From: Chiloscyllium plagiosum
Lineage: Eukaryota
NCBI RefSeq assembly: GCF_004010195.1
Contig: NC_057753.1
Location: forward strand, 692,330-756,329
Length of the DNA: 64,000 bases
Direction: 5' to 3'
Shown here piece by piece: positions 60,141-64,000 of this stretch (its first letter is position 1; each line of letters begins with the position of its first letter). The notes beneath the pieces are model-generated. The model was not told the origin of the DNA. It ran no database searches and saw only the letters and a list, made by a program, of their open reading frames with translations. The translations under genes and the position numbers were made by a program.

Positions 60141-63100
60141 GCCCCAAAAACATACAGGCCCTGGCAGGAAATAAATCGTTCTAGAAATGGAACACTTGAC
60201 AATTCTATTGACAGAGGCTTTGAAATCTTGGACAGAACTGAAAGCATCCTCCTGCCTTCTTTCCTTACTGTTGTGGATCGTCTTGGTATGACTATGAACT
60301 CAATTGTACTGTGGCATATGATAAAAATGTCGAAATGCCGCCATCAATTGCTGCCTCCTTCTTGTTTTAAGTATCGCTATCATTTTGGGTATTCAGGCTT
60401 CGATACAGTACTTTATTTGATTTATCCCGCAATGGGAGATGTGGAACCGCTCTTCAATGCTATACTCTCTGAGGTTTCATTGATATTTTGTTAACTCAAC
60501 AGTTATGATCTGTATTGCCATTGACCAATATATCGCAGTTGTCCATCCAGTAAGGATTTGATTCTGTAGAAAGCATTGATACGATATCATCCTGTCTAAG
60601 ATAATGATTTTGGCAGTATTCACTGTAAATTTGGTTGCATTTTGCTGAATTGAAAGCAGACATAGTTATGGACAATTCATTCAATTATAATCGATTAGTG
60701 TTTCAACAATAAGAACTCTTGAAGTTGTTTTGTGAAATTATATTTTTCGCTATCCCTATCCTGATCCTGTTGATTTGGAGCACGCAGTCATAATTCGTAG
60801 CATTGTGCAAACAACAAATGGAAGTGGATATCACAACTAGAACAGATCATTGCCAATGGTGTTACACGTTACTGGAACACTGTGGCTTTCAGCATTCAAT
60901 TAGGCACGATATATTAAATTGCAGAGAAGCTTTCGTGGGCTAACAATTCCGACATAGCGAATACTTTTTTTAAATTGAAGCATTTACGTTAAGTAATATT
61001 TGTCCTCACATAATACATGCATGAACGCCTGACACTGCTTGCTCTGGTGTACCTTAATCAATTGACTGGTAGATCCATTTGTAGCTCCAACCAGCTGATC
61101 CATTTAGTTTGTATTTGCTCTCTGTTTTATCTGCCCAGTGAAACGCAGACGACATTGCAAACAGGTGAAAACAGTTGCCTGGTTTTAGTGAAGTAAAAGT
61201 AATTCACTCGTTTCGTTGGAAGGTTTGCCTGGAGCCTTGGATATTAAGGAGCATGGAGATATATTAGTAAATGTTGCACCTTCTGCGATTGCAGAGGATG
61301 ATGCCATGTGCATTGTAGGATATGTTAGTTGGAAGATGATTGGATCAGAATGTCCAAGAGTGAAAGTTTTATACAAAGAAGTGGGTGGGAATATGTGAGC
61401 ACTGGTAGCATCCAGTTGGAGGTAATGGATATGATGAATTCTAATTATTCCAAAGAAGATGCCAGTGTGTGGAATGTGAGGACGAGTGGAATGTTATTGG
61501 TGCTGTGGGAGGGATGAAGAGGTGCGAAGAATCAGCTATTAACACCTGATCTCTATCAGTAGTTGTCCCTTAGCTACAACTATTATCATTTCCTTTGCCC
61601 TTTGTTTATGTCACCTTGGAGCTCTAACTTCATGCACACAATAACCTTTCATTTAGCTTCTATTTTGTTCTGAATGCGCATTACCATTTTTGCATAAATG
61701 CCATCATGTTTCCACCTTATATTCGAAACATTAAATTATTTTCTACCACAGTTACAGCACACCTATTGAACTTGTGCCACACTTTCTGTTTCTTTAGATG
61801 AACATGGTTTTTCTCTGTTCTTATGGCCAATTCAATGACAATTCTGGCGCTGTCCTTTTCGTTTCATATATTTGAATCCCAAATTGCTTGTCAATGTAAT
61901 TCGTCACACATTCTGGGTTATCCAGAAAATGCTCTGAAATTGCAGAATAACGTCTGATCTCACAACAGTATTTCGAGTTTCACAAACACTGTCTGGTAGG
62001 ATACATCTCCTTGCTTCATCATAAACAGCTGGAGCGACATCTGAACGTATGAGGAATTGCATTGTGAAATAATTTAGGATCAACTAGGTTCGCAGTCTGC
62101 TACACACGAGCGTGCTGCAAACCTGAATAATAACAGACAGAAGGCAATTTTTTTGCAGACAGAAAGGTCATCTGATGAACTGAGTGCGTTTTAATTCGAC
62201 AAAAGTGACAGTCGTTTGCTCGTTCATTGTTGAGGGCAATGGTCTCAATGATCAGTGTCAACTGGTCTGGATTGAAAATTAGCAAAGCCTTGTCTTTAAT
62301 TGTCAATCGGTATCAAAGTGTGTCTTCACTGCATCCGCCAACCAAAACGTGCCAAAAAATCAGTATTCTCCCTTCAATCATTACAAGTGTTGGCTTTTCC
62401 CTTCAACTTGAATCGCGAAATTTCCTGATGTCCTCCAATAACATTTATCTGTGTTTCTTCAGATGTCTGATTCTGTCATGTCATATTATTATTTTGAGGT
62501 TAGTGAAACATTTGAAGATTGGCACTTCTTTTCTTCATTCAGTTCCATTCCCTACTGCATTCAGCGTTATATTTTCTGCATTACTTTCTTTTTCTATTTT
62601 ACTTTGCCACTCTTTTTGCCATCTGGTGATTGCCAGATTTGTTGCCATCCCTTTCCCAGTTCTTTTGTTGAGCTGAAAAAATATCCTCTTTGAAGGACTT
62701 CCATATTGTACATACTGTTTTGCCTCCAAATGATTCATTCCAATTCTCTCGGGTAAGACTTGTTTTCAATTCACTCATGCTAGCACTGTTGTATTAGGTA
62801 TCTTAGGGCTCCAGCTTTTAGTGTAAATTCTTTAAGGCACTTTATCACCAGATGATATTATGATGAGGTTTCCTAAATTGTCGTCTACTTCAGCATGTTC
62901 CACAAAATTCCATAGACATAAATTCAACATGACTTCCTGCATGATTCAACTGAAAAACCTTTAATTAAGAAAATGTGGAACAGGAAATAGGGGCAGTGGT
63001 GGATCATTCAACCCCTCAAACATTTTCCACTATTAAGTAATACCAGATCCCTGATCTGGTATTTCAACACCGACTTTTTGCATTATCTACATATTTCTTT

Positions 63101-63229
63101 GTTCTCATAGAACCCAAAATATGTTGACTTCTGTTTTGAATGTATTCAGTGACAGAGTATCAGAGTTATCCCGTGAGAGGAAGTCCAATGTTCTCAAGCA
63201 ATTGAGTGAAGGCGTGTCATAGTTTCATC

Positions 63230-64000
63230 TAAATTAAAGTCATAGTGTTGCACGTCAGGAAACAAACACTTCAGCCCAAATCTATTCCATGCAGATATGG
63301 TAAATTGATCTAGATTAAGTTTTCAACACTTGGACCATATTCTTCTTCACCCTTATTACTCATGAAACAATCGAGTCCCTTTTTAAATGTGGTAATTGTA
63401 CCAGCCTCCACAACTTCCCCTGGCAGCTAATTTCATATTTACACCACCCTCTGGATGAAAAAGGTTGGGCCTAACGTACCTATTAAATCTTTCCCCTCTA
63501 AGCTTTAACCAATTTTGGCCTCCTCTACCCGACGAAAAAAGACCTTGTCTATTTAACATAGACATGCACATCCTGATTTTAGAAGCATCGATAAGGTCAC
63601 CCATATGGTGTCGACGTCCGAGGGAAACCAATCCTACACTATTCACCCTCTCCCTGGAGCTCTAAACTTTCAATCCCAGCAACATCCGTGTCAATGTTTG
63701 CTACATTCTTTTATGGTTAACAGTTTTTTTCCAAAAGCAGGGAGACAAGCATTGAACTCATTTTCCGAAAGTGTCAAAACCAATGTCCTGTACAGCTGTA
63801 TCATGACATCCCAAAGCCATAAATCAATGCACTGACCAATAAAGGCAAGCCAAACAAATGCATTCTTCACTACCCTGTCAACCTGTAACTTAACCTACTA
63901 GCAAGTATGAAACTGAACTCCTAGATCTCCCGAGGACTTCACCATTATATACAAACGTCCAGCCCTGATTTGCCTTTCCAAAATGTATGAAGTTACATTT
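63230..64000 (-). mobile_element. CR1 LINE 3' fragment running off the window end
   Basis: Minus ORF LVSLGRRHHMGDLIDASKI...KLRGERFNR and further RT C-terminal remnants. Confidence 0.75.

Noticed and set aside
27300-64000. A second Ig cluster (leader/V exon) or other host gene downstream
   Set aside because: No ORF or recognisable nucleotide motif for an Ig V, C or leader exon. The listed short ORFs are TE fragments or random. Short or decayed exons and the content of the gap cannot be excluded.

Overview
Cartilaginous-fish (shark) genomic DNA, probably a carpet/bamboo shark, inferred from the HE1/V-SINE repeats and protein similarity. The only protein-coding host gene is the constant half of an intact IgNAR (heavy-chain-only antibody) cluster on the + strand: C1 (7880-8194), C2 (10116-10412), C3 (10489-10806), C4 (14214-14534), C5 plus secretory tail (15167-15549), TM1 (21556-21713) and TM2 (25532-25540). 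All splice sites are GT-AG and in frame. Leader, V, D and J lie upstream of the window, and I recognise no further Ig segment in the ~37 kb downstream. The rest is introns and intergenic DNA rich in CR1 LINE fragments, HE1/V-SINEs, a 5'-truncated Penelope-like (RT + GIY-YIG) element and a 320-nt assembly gap. The clearest non-coding structure is a set of minimal type-I hammerhead ribozyme motifs. One lies at the Penelope 3' end and the others are in short TSD-flanked, often palindromic non-autonomous elements, with compensatory stem changes between families. Three copies look intact. Other leads, all inferential, are candidate intron-readthrough IgNAR isoforms (V-C1 short form; YxxM-bearing membrane tail), reverse-oriented CTCF-like sites downstream of the gene, and several B-cell-type motif clusters.
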